The position numbers were made by a program, and so were the translations under genes. A stretch of DNA of 64,000 nt from Octopus vulgaris. Lineage: Eukaryota. The stretch lies in NCBI GenBank assembly GCA_951406725.2, contig OX597817.1, positions 37,882,001 to 37,946,000 of the forward strand. Reading direction: 5' to 3'. Position 1 is the first letter of the stretch, and each line of letters starts with the position of its first letter. The notes beneath the pieces were generated by a model. That model was not told the origin of the DNA and searched no databases. It saw nothing but the letters and a program-made list of their open reading frames with translations. Below are positions 53,011 through 64,000 of this stretch, piece after piece.

Positions 53011-54771
53011 CTGCCACAAAGCAGAGGAACCATGGTGTAACCCACTATGGTGTGGTAAACTTTCAGACCCTAGTCAAGATTGCGAATCCTCTGTACCCCA
53101 GGATGGTTCAGCTCTCTACCCGTTAAAAGCCACCGTTTGTGGAATGAGGATAACAACGTAGCTTTCGTGCCCATGCAACCGTCAGTCTATCGCGTGTGGT
53201 GGGTGGGTCTTCAGGTTGCCACACGCATTCTTAGTAGCTTAGAGTAGGCTCTAATTAGAGATTATTCTTTGTGGCTAATGGCATGAGTCCTGATTGGAAG
53301 AAGGAGGTGGAGGAGGAGAAGAAGAACTCTGGATTAGTATTGTATATAATGACTGGAAGGATGAAAGGTAAAGTTGACCACAGTATGATTTGAACTTGGA
53401 ATGCAATGAAGTGGAACAAATATTGCAAAACATTTTGTCTGAAGCTCTAACAATTTTGTCAATTCTTCACCTTAACATTCCTAAATATTTGGTACTTGTT
53501 GCTCACCAGCTTGGTGAACTGAGATAAGTAGAATATATAATACTACCCCTTAATACTCTTTAATGAAATTCCTAATGATGATTTGAAATGAAACCCAATG
53601 AGCTGGTGGCACAACACCATACCTAAGTAGCCTTTCTGCTTCTACTGTGTCAATGTGTGTCTGGGGAGTTTAAGAGAGAAACATTATAATGGGGAGACTG
53701 AACTTATTGGTGTGTGTGTGTGTGTGAGAGAGAGGTAATGAATGAATAATAATTGCTCAATGTTAGTAAATATAGGTTAGCAAAACCCCAAGTCAATGTT
53801 CGTATGGAAACACACACCCTTTCATTTGGTATTTCATGTCTTTATTTTAAATGTAAAAAAAATTTGAAATATTTTTAAATTAAAAAAAAATTAAAAAGTG
53901 ATAATAAATAGTTTAAAAGAGGCAAATGCTAATTTAACAGGCTTTTGTGTGGTGTAAAATTACAGGTGACAGTCTTGAGTTTTACAGTATGTTACAGAAA
54001 ATCATATGATTGTGTTGTTGTTGAGTAATCCTATATTAATCTTGATTGGATTGACTTATGAACATTCTTGTCTTTTCTTCTGGAACAGTGAGGTCAGTTT
54101 ATTCCCTTTGCTAAATGTTTTAGGAGAGAAGGATTCTTAATTGCTAAAACTCGTGGAACAAACGTGCAAAGAGAAAATAACCATGTTTACAGAAAATGAA
54201 TTGCTACCCAACACTCAGCATGGTTTCCATTTAAGAAGTTGCTACCCACAGCTTCCAGATCATTACGACTGTGTATTGTTGCAAGCATGGTTGTGTGGTT
54301 AAGAAGTGTGCTTTCCCACTATATATTTTGAGTTGAGTCCTACTGTGTGACACCTTGGGTAAGTGTCTTCCACTGTAGCCCTGGTTTAATCAAATCTTTG
54401 TGAGTCAATTTGCGAGACAGAAACTGAAAGAAGTGTGTGCGTATATATGCATGCATGTCCTTGTCTTACATCATGCAATAAATATTGAATGAATATCACC
54501 ATCATACAAACAGTATCCTTCATTTCTGACCTACTGTAAAAACATATTCAACTTTGACAAAATATTACCTGGCTTGGAAACAGGTGTGGTTGGCAACTGG
54601 AAGAATTCAGGCTGTAGAAAATTTGTCCTTGTAAATTTTATCTGACCCATGAAAGCATAGAAAAATGGACATCAGAATGATGATGAGGATTATTATTATT
54701 ATTATTATTATTATTGTTATTGTTGTTGTTGTTGTTGTCATTGTTGGCGGCGGCGTCTAATTATTAAAATG

Positions 54772-55182
54772 TGAATGTTGTTTATCAGAATTTTATAAAG
54801 AACTTTAATAAAGTTGCTTATGGAATGATTTATCAAAAATTACGTGAACTTGGCATAATTGGAAAACTAGGAGTTGAGAGTGGTTGCATGTCTTTTTAAG
54901 AGGCTGTTACATTCTGTGGTGCTCTTTGAACGGACTTAATAATTCAAAGTGGACTCTCTTAGGAAACCATCTTGAGACCACTGCTGTTTGTAGTTTCTCT
55001 ATTTGACATGCTCTCAATTACAGCAACAGCCACTCTCATTAGCTACACTGACAATATGAAAATATCAAAAGCAATCAAGAATCCCTATGATATGAAAGAC
55101 CTCCGGAAAGGCCTCATTGTAATATACTAATGGACTGTAGAAAACAATTTGCAGTATAATGCTGACAAATGTCTAGCATTTT
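54772..55182 (+). mobile_element. Decayed CR1-group reverse-transcriptase fragment
   Basis: VVYQNFIKNFNKVAYG..KLRELGIIGKL, SGLS*ETILRPLLF and SYTDNMKI align by eye to DFxKAFDKV, SGVPQGxxLGPLLF and YADD, followed by W..NN.QYNADKC. Confidence 0.75.
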
Positions 55183-55432
55183 GCAATCAACCCTCTAACA
55201 TATTGCAAGCTTAGGTTTGCATATAACAAATAATGAGCTTAGGGTTAAAAGACCTACAACCACCCTGAACTGGCTATGGGTTCAGTTTAATGACTCATAG
55301 CCATTATCACTTTGAGGCAACCTTCTATTGAGGGAGTGTGTAGACCATTTCTCTCATCCAGTGGTTCTCTGTTGCTGAGCTGATGTTAGTAGACAATATC
55401 AGTTGGCAGCAGAGAATGGAGATGTCTACAGA

Positions 55433-55473
55433 TTCTGCTGAGGAGCAAAGATCTGTGTGAAATGGATGTAGAA
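55433..55473 (+). ncRNA. Degenerate minimal type I hammerhead-ribozyme-like motif
   Basis: UUCUG-CUGAGGA-GCAAAGAUCUGUGU-GAAA-UGGA-UG-UAGAA: both core boxes intact and stems I and II pair; the cleavage-site nucleotide is G (non-canonical). Confidence 0.5.
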
Positions 55474-56513
55474 ATATTTTAACAAAACTTGGACATTCTG
55501 TTGTCTATGATTCCTGATGAACTGATATATCATAGCAAAAAATGCAGGAGGGCAGTGGTGGTAAAACCCTCTCATTTATCAAAAGCCACCTACAGAACAA
55601 TGGATGGAGCAACAGTGACAGCCATGCCCCTATATGGCCACATCATACATTCTGAAGCTGTTGAAACAATAAAATGATGTGGTGTGTGTGTGTGTGTGTG
55701 TGTCCCACGTATCCATACATGAGTATATTTTTAATTCTATATATATTAATTATATACATGTACACATATGCTTTAGTTTTATATTTGTATATATAAATAT
55801 ACTACTATACACACACACACACACACACACAAGCATGTCTGTTGTTCTACTCCATTATATATGTGCATATTCATATTCACCTTTGTATGTGTATGTTGTG
55901 TTCCTGTTGCTGTGTCACCCACCTTTTCACCTTAATAGATATGTCGGACTGCCAATCAATTCACACGAGCAACCTTCCTTAATCGTTCTCACTTACAAAA
56001 TCACTCCACACTATCATTATCAGAGCAGTATCTTTTTTTCTTTTCTTCTTTTAGAAGCCAACTAGGAAGTTTCTATGTTGTTACTCAATCACCTAGAAAT
56101 GACCACTAAATTTCTCTCGAATCACATTCTACCTTCTTATTTAATGCAAAGATATTTTTGATCTTGTAATCATAGCTTTTAAAAAAAAAAATTAAGAAAG
56201 TTGAGAGTAATCTGGTTTTGATCAAAGGTTTATTTGCTCAGCCCTCACAAGGAGCTAAATGGCGTCATCATTTTAACAACTACCATTCCATGCTTGCATG
56301 GATCAGATGGAATTCATTGAGGCAGATTTTTTTTAGTTGCATGCCCTTTCTCTTGCCAGCCCTCACCTGTTTCCAGGAAAACTTAATATTTCTCCATGAC
56401 TAGATACGTTTTCACAAAATATTGAAAATGAATGACACTGTATAATGGTGACTCTCTTTTACAACTATCATGTGATGTCTAGGCAAGGAGACACAAACAA
56501 CCCCCTTTCCTCC

Positions 56514-56955
56514 ATCATCATCATCATCATCATTTAACATCCGCTTTCCATGCTAGCATGGGTTGGACGATTTTGACTGAGGGCTGGCAAACCAGATGGC
56601 TGCACCAGGCCTCAATCTTGATCTGGCAGAGTTTCTACAGCTGGATCCCCTTCCTAACGCCAACCACTCTGAGAGTGTAGTGGGTGCTTTTTACATACCA
56701 CTGGCATGGGGGCCACTCAGGCAGTACTGGCAATGACCTCGCTCGAATCTTATTACACATGCCACCGGCACAGGTGCCAGTAAGGCGACGATGGTAACGA
56801 TCACGCTCGAATAGTGCCCTTTTACGTGCCACCGGCACAGAAGCCAGTTGGCTGCTCTGGCAACGATCACGCTCGGATAGTGCTCTTGGCACCCTACTAG
56901 CACGGGCACAAGTGCCAGTAAAGTGACGCTGGTAACGATCACACTCGAATGGTGC
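56514..56955 (-). mobile_element. RTE 3' UTR with about 4-5 array units
   Basis: (ATC)n tail, terminal segment and CpG-rich units. Confidence 0.85.
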
Positions 56956-57452
56956 CACACACAAACAGAGGTTTCTCTTAGTTTCTGTCTGTCAAGTCCA
57001 CTCACAAGGCTTTGTTTGGCCCATGCCTGTGTTTATTACAACATGATTTTAATTTAAAAGCAGCAGAACAGTGAATAACAGCAATGGTAGAGCATTTGGA
57101 CAAATTACCTTGTGGCATTTGTTACATCTCTTTTCTAATCAATGTTAAAATTTCACCAAGGTTGACTTCACATTTTGACCCTTCCATGTGGTGGAGCACC
57201 AGGGAGGGTTTACGAAAATAAGTACTGATTAATTACTGGAGACTGATTAAACTGATTATACCCCCACCCCTCTTAACTTGTGGCTTTGGGTCCATTGTAG
57301 AAATCATTATTGTTACGATTGGAGGCCTGGGCAAAATGACTTGCTGTAGTTATTGTATGAATTTTTATGTCTTCTGTTCAAATCCTACCAAAGTTAACTT
57401 CAAGTTTTCAGCCTTCCTGGAAGTCAGGAAGTGGGACTACAAAATAAGTACC

Positions 57453-57686
57453 TATTTCTTTACTACCCACAGGGGGCTAAACACAGAGAGGACAAACAAG
57501 GACAGACAAACGGATTAAGTCGATTATATCGACCCCAGTGCGTAACTGGTACTTATTTAATCAACCCTGAAAGGATGAAAGGCAAAGTCGACCTCGGCGG
57601 AATTTGAACTCAGAACGTAGCGGCAGACGAAATACTGCTATGCGTTTCGCCCGGCGTGCTAACGTTTCTGCCAGCTCACCGCCTTT
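57453..57686 (-). mobile_element. Young family-B SINE with 23-bp TSD, inserted antisense into an older family-B copy
   Basis: TSD AGTGGGACTACAAAATAAGTACC at 57430-57452 and 57687-57709. Confidence 0.9.
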
Positions 57687-58957
57687 AGTGGGACTACAAA
57701 ATAAGTACCAGCTTCCTCCTAAGGTTGATTTAGTCTGTTTCTCTCTCTCTCACTGAGTCATGGGAGAAAAAAACTGTACCTATGCTCTTTTACCAGAGTT
57801 TCTGAGCTTTGAGCTGATAACTGAGAGAAGGCACTTAATTCATTGGTAGTTAGGTTAATTAAGGATCTGTAAGGTTCCTTGATCAAATCTAGGTGACAGC
57901 CCTTTTCACCCTGATTTTAGCGTGTAAACTCCTACACTCTTTTGTAACTTGTCCATGTATCACTCTTGTGACAAACATGCAAAATTCATTCATTCAATCT
58001 CTCTTTCTTCTTCTTCTTCCTTCTTACTTTCTTCCTTGTCATAAATCCATTCTCCATCTCCCCCACCCCCGTCTTTCCATCAAATCCATCTTATTCTTCT
58101 CCCAAGCTTACCTGTTTCTAGTCATGTGATACTTCTCTGTAGTTGTTCTTTATTCTAATTCCTTAACTTAATTCTCTTCCACTCCTCCCTCTCTCTTCTT
58201 TCTTTGTTTCTTAGATTCCCCCCTCTTTCCCCCTCCTCCCATTCCTTTCTTTTTATGCATTCTATCACATGCATTTTCTCAATCCCTTAGTTTTTCTCTG
58301 CTCTTCGCTTACTCCTTTTCTTGTTCTCTCTGTATTTGTCTTTCTTTTTCTCCTCCTCCCTTCTTTCTCTTGCACTCTCCATCTCTTTCCACTCTCCATC
58401 TCTTTCTTTCTCAGTCGCTTAATCATTCTCTTCTCTTTCTCTCACACATTTATCTCCTCTCACACCCTCTCTATTCTCTTCTTATCATAATCAACAACAC
58501 CTTACATCATCACCTTCTTCTGCATCATCATCACCAACAACAACATTATCTGTCACTATGATCCAATGATATCAATTCATCACCTCTACTACTGCTACCA
58601 TCACCACCACTACCATTGTCACATGACCTCTCTACCTTCCCTACAATGCATATCACTGCCATTATCAACATCTCCACCACCACTACCATCATCAAAAGCA
58701 ACCACTATCATCTCTTGGTTATGGAGGCTACAACAGAATACTATTGGCTGTTGCTAGTTTTTAAAACCTGAAAATATTGTATTTATGTTAAATGTATTTA
58801 TTACAATAGTTTGACAGTTATCATTATCTTAAAAAGATATTTATATATAAATTTGTTTTATATTCTTTCTTATATGTATGTTTGTGAGGAAGAGAAGAGA
58901 GGGAGACTTAATAGATAGAGGTATAAATAAAAAATCATATATATATATATATATATG

Positions 58958-59795
58958 TCATCATCATCATTGTTTAATGTCTGTTTTTCATGCTGGCATG
59001 GGTTGGATGGTTTGACTGAGGTCTGGAGAGCCAGAGGCTGCGCTAGGCTCCAACCTGATGTGGCAATGTTTCTGCAGCTGGTTGCCCTTCCTAACACCAA
59101 CCACTCTGAGAATGTTGTGGGTGCTTTTTATGTGCCGCCAGAACTGGAGCCAGTCAGGTGGGCCTGGCATCAATCACGTTCAGATAGTGCTTTTTACATG
59201 CCACCGGCATGGAAGCTAGTCGGCGGGTACTGGCATTGGCCACATTCGGATGGTGCATTTTACGTGCCACCAGTACGGGAGCCACTCAGTGGGTACTGGC
59301 ATTGGCCACATTCAGATGGTGCTTTTTACGTGTCACCAGCACAGGAGCCAGTCAAGGAGTACTGGTATCGGCCATGTTCAGATGGTGCTTTTTATGTGCC
59401 ACAGGCATGGGAGCCAGTCAAGCAGACCTAGCATCGACCACATTCAGATGGTGCTTCTTGCATTCCACCGGCACATGAGCCAGTCAGGGGACCCTGGCAT
59501 CGACCATGTTTGGATGATGCATTTTACATTCCACCGGAATGGGAGCCAGTCAAAGAGCACTGGCAACAGCTACGATTTTGGTTTTACTTGACTCAACAGG
59601 TTTTCACAAGCTTATCATATCACCTGACGCATCAAGGGTACTCTTAAATGGGCCGGACATGCAACACTGACATTGGCCATGGCTGTGATCTCACTTTAGT
59701 TGCCAGGTCGTCTCAATCACAGCATACCTCCAAAGGTCTTGGTCTCCTGTCATTGCCTCTGTGAGGCCCAATGTTTGAAGGACATGCTTCATCAC
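58958..59795 (-). mobile_element. RTE LINE 3' end: ORF C-terminus plus UTR with a 7 x 66-bp array
   Basis: Minus strand VMKHVLQTLGLTEAMTGDQDLWRYAVIETTWQLK* (stop 59691-59693), array 59120-59581, terminal segment and (GAT)n. Confidence 0.9.
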
Positions 59796-60031
59796 TGAAA
59801 GATATTTTTATAGAACAAAGAGAAAGACAGAAATTTACCTTTATATATTTATCTTAAATCTTTGTTTATATAGACATTTCATGTTAGTAGTAGTAGTTGT
59901 AGTAGTAGTAGTGCATGTGTGTGTGTATGACATAATCTGGTAAGGAAAGGCAGTACCCTTTATCTTTTTCCAAAGTCTCTGAGTATGGTGGCAGAAAGAG
60001 AGGAAGAAGGCATGTTTAAATTTCTTACTAG

Positions 60032-60210
60032 GGTATCAAGTAATACATGAAGACACCAAATTATACTTAAACCAGAAACTGGGTCTCAGCACTTGCAATA
60101 GTGTGGACTCTACTAAAGGCACCCAAGGATCAGATGAAACTGACGTTATTAAGCCAAACAACAGATTAACTAAGCTTATTATCCAAGAACACTCACAATT
60201 CTGCCAATAG
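60032..60210 (+). CDS. Weak candidate downstream exon
   Basis: TTTCTTACTAG| acceptor; the phase-1 frame is open for 58 codons to TAG and would continue the 42340 exon. Short pyrimidine tract; could be chance. Confidence 0.15.
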
Positions 60211-62587
60211 ATTCTCTCACTATTTCTATCTACCCAAACATATGATGTCAAGGTGCTGTGCTGTAGTAAGTTGGACTCAGAACAATGGGATTATGGAGAG
60301 AACTGCATCTATATCCATGCTTTTATATCTATCTATCTATCTATCTTTATATATGCAGTGCTTGGCTTAGTGCTTGGGCGTTTGGCTCATGATCATAATG
60401 TTGTGGGTTCAATTACTGGAGTGGGCTCATGTTGTGTCCTTGGGCAAGACAAGTTATTTGATGTTGTTCCAGTCTACTCAGCTGAAATGGGTACCAGCCA
60501 TGTCTAGGTGCAGCTCTCTTTCCTTCTATTTGTCACACTCTGTATGTGCCCCTGGATCAAAGGTAGGGAGAGCCAAGAGGGTGTCTATGTCTGCTTCCAA
60601 CTACATAAACACCTAAAACAATAAGTGAAAATAGGTACATCATCATCATCATCATCATTTAACATCCGCTTTCCATGCTAGCATGGATTGGACAATTTGA
60701 CTGAGGACTGGTAAACCAAATGGCTGCACCAGGCTCCAATCTCATCTGGCAATATTTCTACAGCTGGATGCTCCAAGAGTGTAGTGGGTGCTTTTACGTG
60801 CCACCGGCACAAGGGCCAGTCTGGCAGTACTGGCACATTGTTAACAAACCATATTCGCTTACTGATGATGGATGGATAACTTTCATATCTGTGTGGGTGT
60901 GTGTATATATAATGTATGTATGTGTTGACAAATCAATAATGAATGACAAGTTCAAAAACTAAAATAACAAAAATCAAAGAGGACCCTCTAGGGTTAAAAG
61001 TTATAAAGGGAAAGTTAAAAATACTATGTTTTGGGCATAGCCATTCTTCAGACATATAGAAGCGAGCCCAGAGAAAAGGGAATAGGAAAAGGTAATAGTC
61101 AGGAGAAAAGTACATGGTGGCTACATGATAGAAAAATAACTCACACACACGTGTTGTGTGCATATCTTTATAGTTATATTTCTGATATCTTTATATCTAT
61201 TCTGTTGTGTCTGGGGAGAGTCATTTTCTTTTTGTGCCTTATGATTTAACACACTCACCGGTAAAATTTCCACTTGTTTATCCACAATATATTTTTATCT
61301 CTATTTTCAGTCAATCACATTGACACCAATATCTATTTTCAGTCTCTTATTTTATCATTTACTCTATTAAATAGCTAAGTTACCTTGTTCATATAACTCT
61401 GTTTAACACTGATAAACATAAGCATTGCTTTCGTTTTTTTTTAACTGTTTCACCTTGTGAACTGCAGGCATAACCTTGCCAGTACTGGTGCCAAGAAAGT
61501 GATAAACAAATCAGTGGCAGTGCAAGGCTTGAGAATGCTTTGAAAGCAGAAGCAACCTCTGTAGTGCCGATGTCCCCAAGAATACTGTGTAAATGGTTGG
61601 TGTTAGGAATTGACTTCAGCCATAAGAGCCCTACCAAAACTTAGACATTGGAGTAAGATGTGGTCCTATTACCTGTTGGATTCTCTTGACCTTTTCACGC
61701 TATGCAAGCTTAGAAAACAGATGTAATATGAAGATGGTGGTGATGATGGCGGCAGTGGTGGTTTCTCATTTTGTTACATATGATAGCCTACATTATCCAA
61801 TGTATTCTTTTCTTTCAATGAAAGATCAAAACTTAGGAAATAATGGAATATGAAAGAGAAGCAACAGGTTATTGAAGTAATTTTGTGCTTGTCCCTCTTT
61901 CATACTTTAGCCTTTCAACGCTTGGCATAAAGCCATCCACATCTATCTCCCCACCACCAATACTTACTCTCAGTAGTGGGACCTTATTCCCTTTATTTTT
62001 TTACTTTTTCTCTCTTGTAAGTTAAATGGCAACCTAATGAGTGCCAGTGGCATGTAAAAAAAAGCACCCAATATACTCTATAAAGTAGCTGGCATTAGGA
62101 ATGGCATCCAGCTGTAGAAGCCATACCAAAGATAACATTGGAGCTCAATGTGGTCTTGTAGCTTGCTGGTTCCCTATCAAACCATCCATTAAAAGCTGAT
62201 GTTAAATGATGATGATGATGATAAACAACAATAAATGATAGAAAAATAGTGAATTAACTTGAAATAATTTTATAATTTTTAAAAAATTTACAAGGAAGAA
62301 CAAATGTTATAAAATGTTAAAATACGAAAGCACTTTGATATGTTTACCTTGCTGTATCTGAGGAATATGTCCTTCCTTTCTTTAACCCTTTTGATATCTA
62401 CCTGCCAAAACTTCCCATGGCTCTATGATGAAGACTTCATTTTTAACCCTTTAGTATTTAAACTGACCATATCTAACCCAAATGTTCTGCCAGTTTTATA
62501 TTTCAAACTGTTTGGATTCACACTCTCACATCTATCCTACTATGTCTAAAAGAAAAACCAATCCTATCCTCAAAATCTTGATGCGAC

Positions 62588-63010
62588 TCTCTTTACTCTT
62601 TCTCTTTTACTCTTTTACTTGTTTCAGTCATTTAACTGTGGCCATGCTGGAGCACCACCTTTAGTCGAGCAAATTGACCCCAGGACTTATTCTTTGTAAG
62701 CCTAGTACTTAGTCTATCGGTCTCTTTTGCTGAACCGCTAAGTTACAGTGACGTAAACACACCAGCATTGGTTGTCAAGCAATGTTGGGGGGGACAAACA
62801 CAGACACACAAATGTATACACACACACACATACATACATATATACGACGGGCTTCTTTCAGTTTCTGTCTGCCAAATCCACTCACAAGGCTTTAATCGGC
62901 CCGATGCTATAGTAGAAGACACTTGCCCAAAGTGCCACGCAGTGGGACTGAACCCGGAACCATGTGGTTCGTAAGCAAGCTACTTACTACACAGCCACTC
63001 CTGTCCCTAT
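62588..63010 (-). mobile_element. Family-A SINE, near full length, inside a T2 MITE
   Basis: Closely similar to the 20890 and 26042 copies; T2 sequence lies at 62442-62582 and resumes near 63012. Confidence 0.85.
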
Positions 63011-64000
63011 ACTGCAGGTTTAGTTCCAAACAATGTCAATAAACAAGTATTAATGGCAGCAAGCTAGCAGGATCATTAGTACACTGGGAAAAATGCTTAG
63101 TATATTATCTGTCTTTATGTTCTGAGTTCAAATGCTGCCAGGGTCGACTTTGCCTTTTATCCTTTTGGGATTGATAAAATAAGTACCAGTCAAGCATTGG
63201 AATTATTATAATTAAATTAGCACAACCCCTGCTTGAAACTACTGGCTTTGTGCCAAAATTTTAAACCAATAAAGAAGCATTACAACAGACAGAGTAATCT
63301 GAATGCTAAACTGTAAATTAAATCCTTCTATTGAAATTTCAAATTAATTCTTTTGATGCCAACCCACTCAAAACAGCCTCCAAAATTTGTAGCCTCTTTG
63401 CTACAAATTTTCTGTTTTAAAAGAATCTAAATTAAAACTTTCCAGCAAAATTTCTTGTCAATTTATGCTCCAACACCAGCTTAATAATGACCAAGTTATT
63501 TAACCAAATTCTTCCTCATTATCTTAAAAATTAATTGAAGCAGATGCAGTGTATTTCAACAGAAATATGGTGACAAAAGGGTTAATCCATGTTCCAAACA
63601 CCTGCTTATGGATGACAGATATTTTACTAAATTCTTTATCTACGTATGTGTACACACATACACACACACGTTTTTATGTATATGTTTATATATCCCATAT
63701 ATTTTTATATTTTATCTTTTGTCTTATGTGTTTTTGTCGACATTTTCTAAAACTTTCGTTATTTTACATGTTTTTTATAATCTTTCTCGACAAACCTATT
63801 TATTTCATCCATTTCTCCGCTTTTTACCTGCGAGGAAGTTAATGAAATGATGAATAAAAACAGGTAGAGAAATAAAAAAAAGAAAGAAAGACACACTTTT
63901 ATACCCCCTCCCCTTAAAAGAAAGGAAATAGGTGTTATGGCTGGGAGCATTTGACCTTGTTTGAAATAAGTGTTGAATTTGTTTTGAATTATGAATGGAA

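Noticed and set aside
59120-59581. CRISPR-like repeat/spacer array
   Set aside because: Whole 66-bp units are homologous, so there are no unique spacers; no cas genes; eukaryotic context; it lies in an RTE 3' UTR.
58955-59591. Repetitive-protein ORFs (DGAFYVPP...YWHWPHS)
   Set aside because: Antisense to the RTE; periodicity follows from a 66-bp unit being a multiple of 3; frames are broken in other copies.

Overview
AT-rich, repeat-dominated eukaryotic DNA. The tRNA/CORE- and Nin-type SINEs, RTE and CR1 LINE tails and dense (TA)/(CA)/(ATC) microsatellites suggest a coleoid cephalopod, most likely Octopus; this is inferred from repeat content and was not database-checked. Almost all ORFs in the supplied track are artefacts of microsatellites or repeats. 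There is no intact gene, rRNA, tRNA gene or CRISPR array. The window looks like intron sequence of a + strand gene: one good internal exon (42340-42436) and several weaker, phase-compatible exon candidates. Recognisable elements: a full-length decayed mariner (30190-31440), CR1, RTE and HERO-like LINE fragments, two Helitron-type non-autonomous families, TTAA (piggyBac-like) and hAT-like MITEs, and four SINE families, often nested with visible TSDs. Most interesting: (i) several degenerate type I hammerhead-ribozyme-like motifs, including two tandem pairs and a roughly 300-nt hairpin-rich cassette at 55265-55550; (ii) a variable-copy 66-bp hairpin array in the 3' UTR of an RTE family; (iii) a cluster of fold-back/template-switch scars at 36.8-39.1 kb; (iv) a possible alternative-first-exon architecture. 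All RNA folds were paired by eye, and repeat boundaries are approximate unless a TSD or TIR is quoted.
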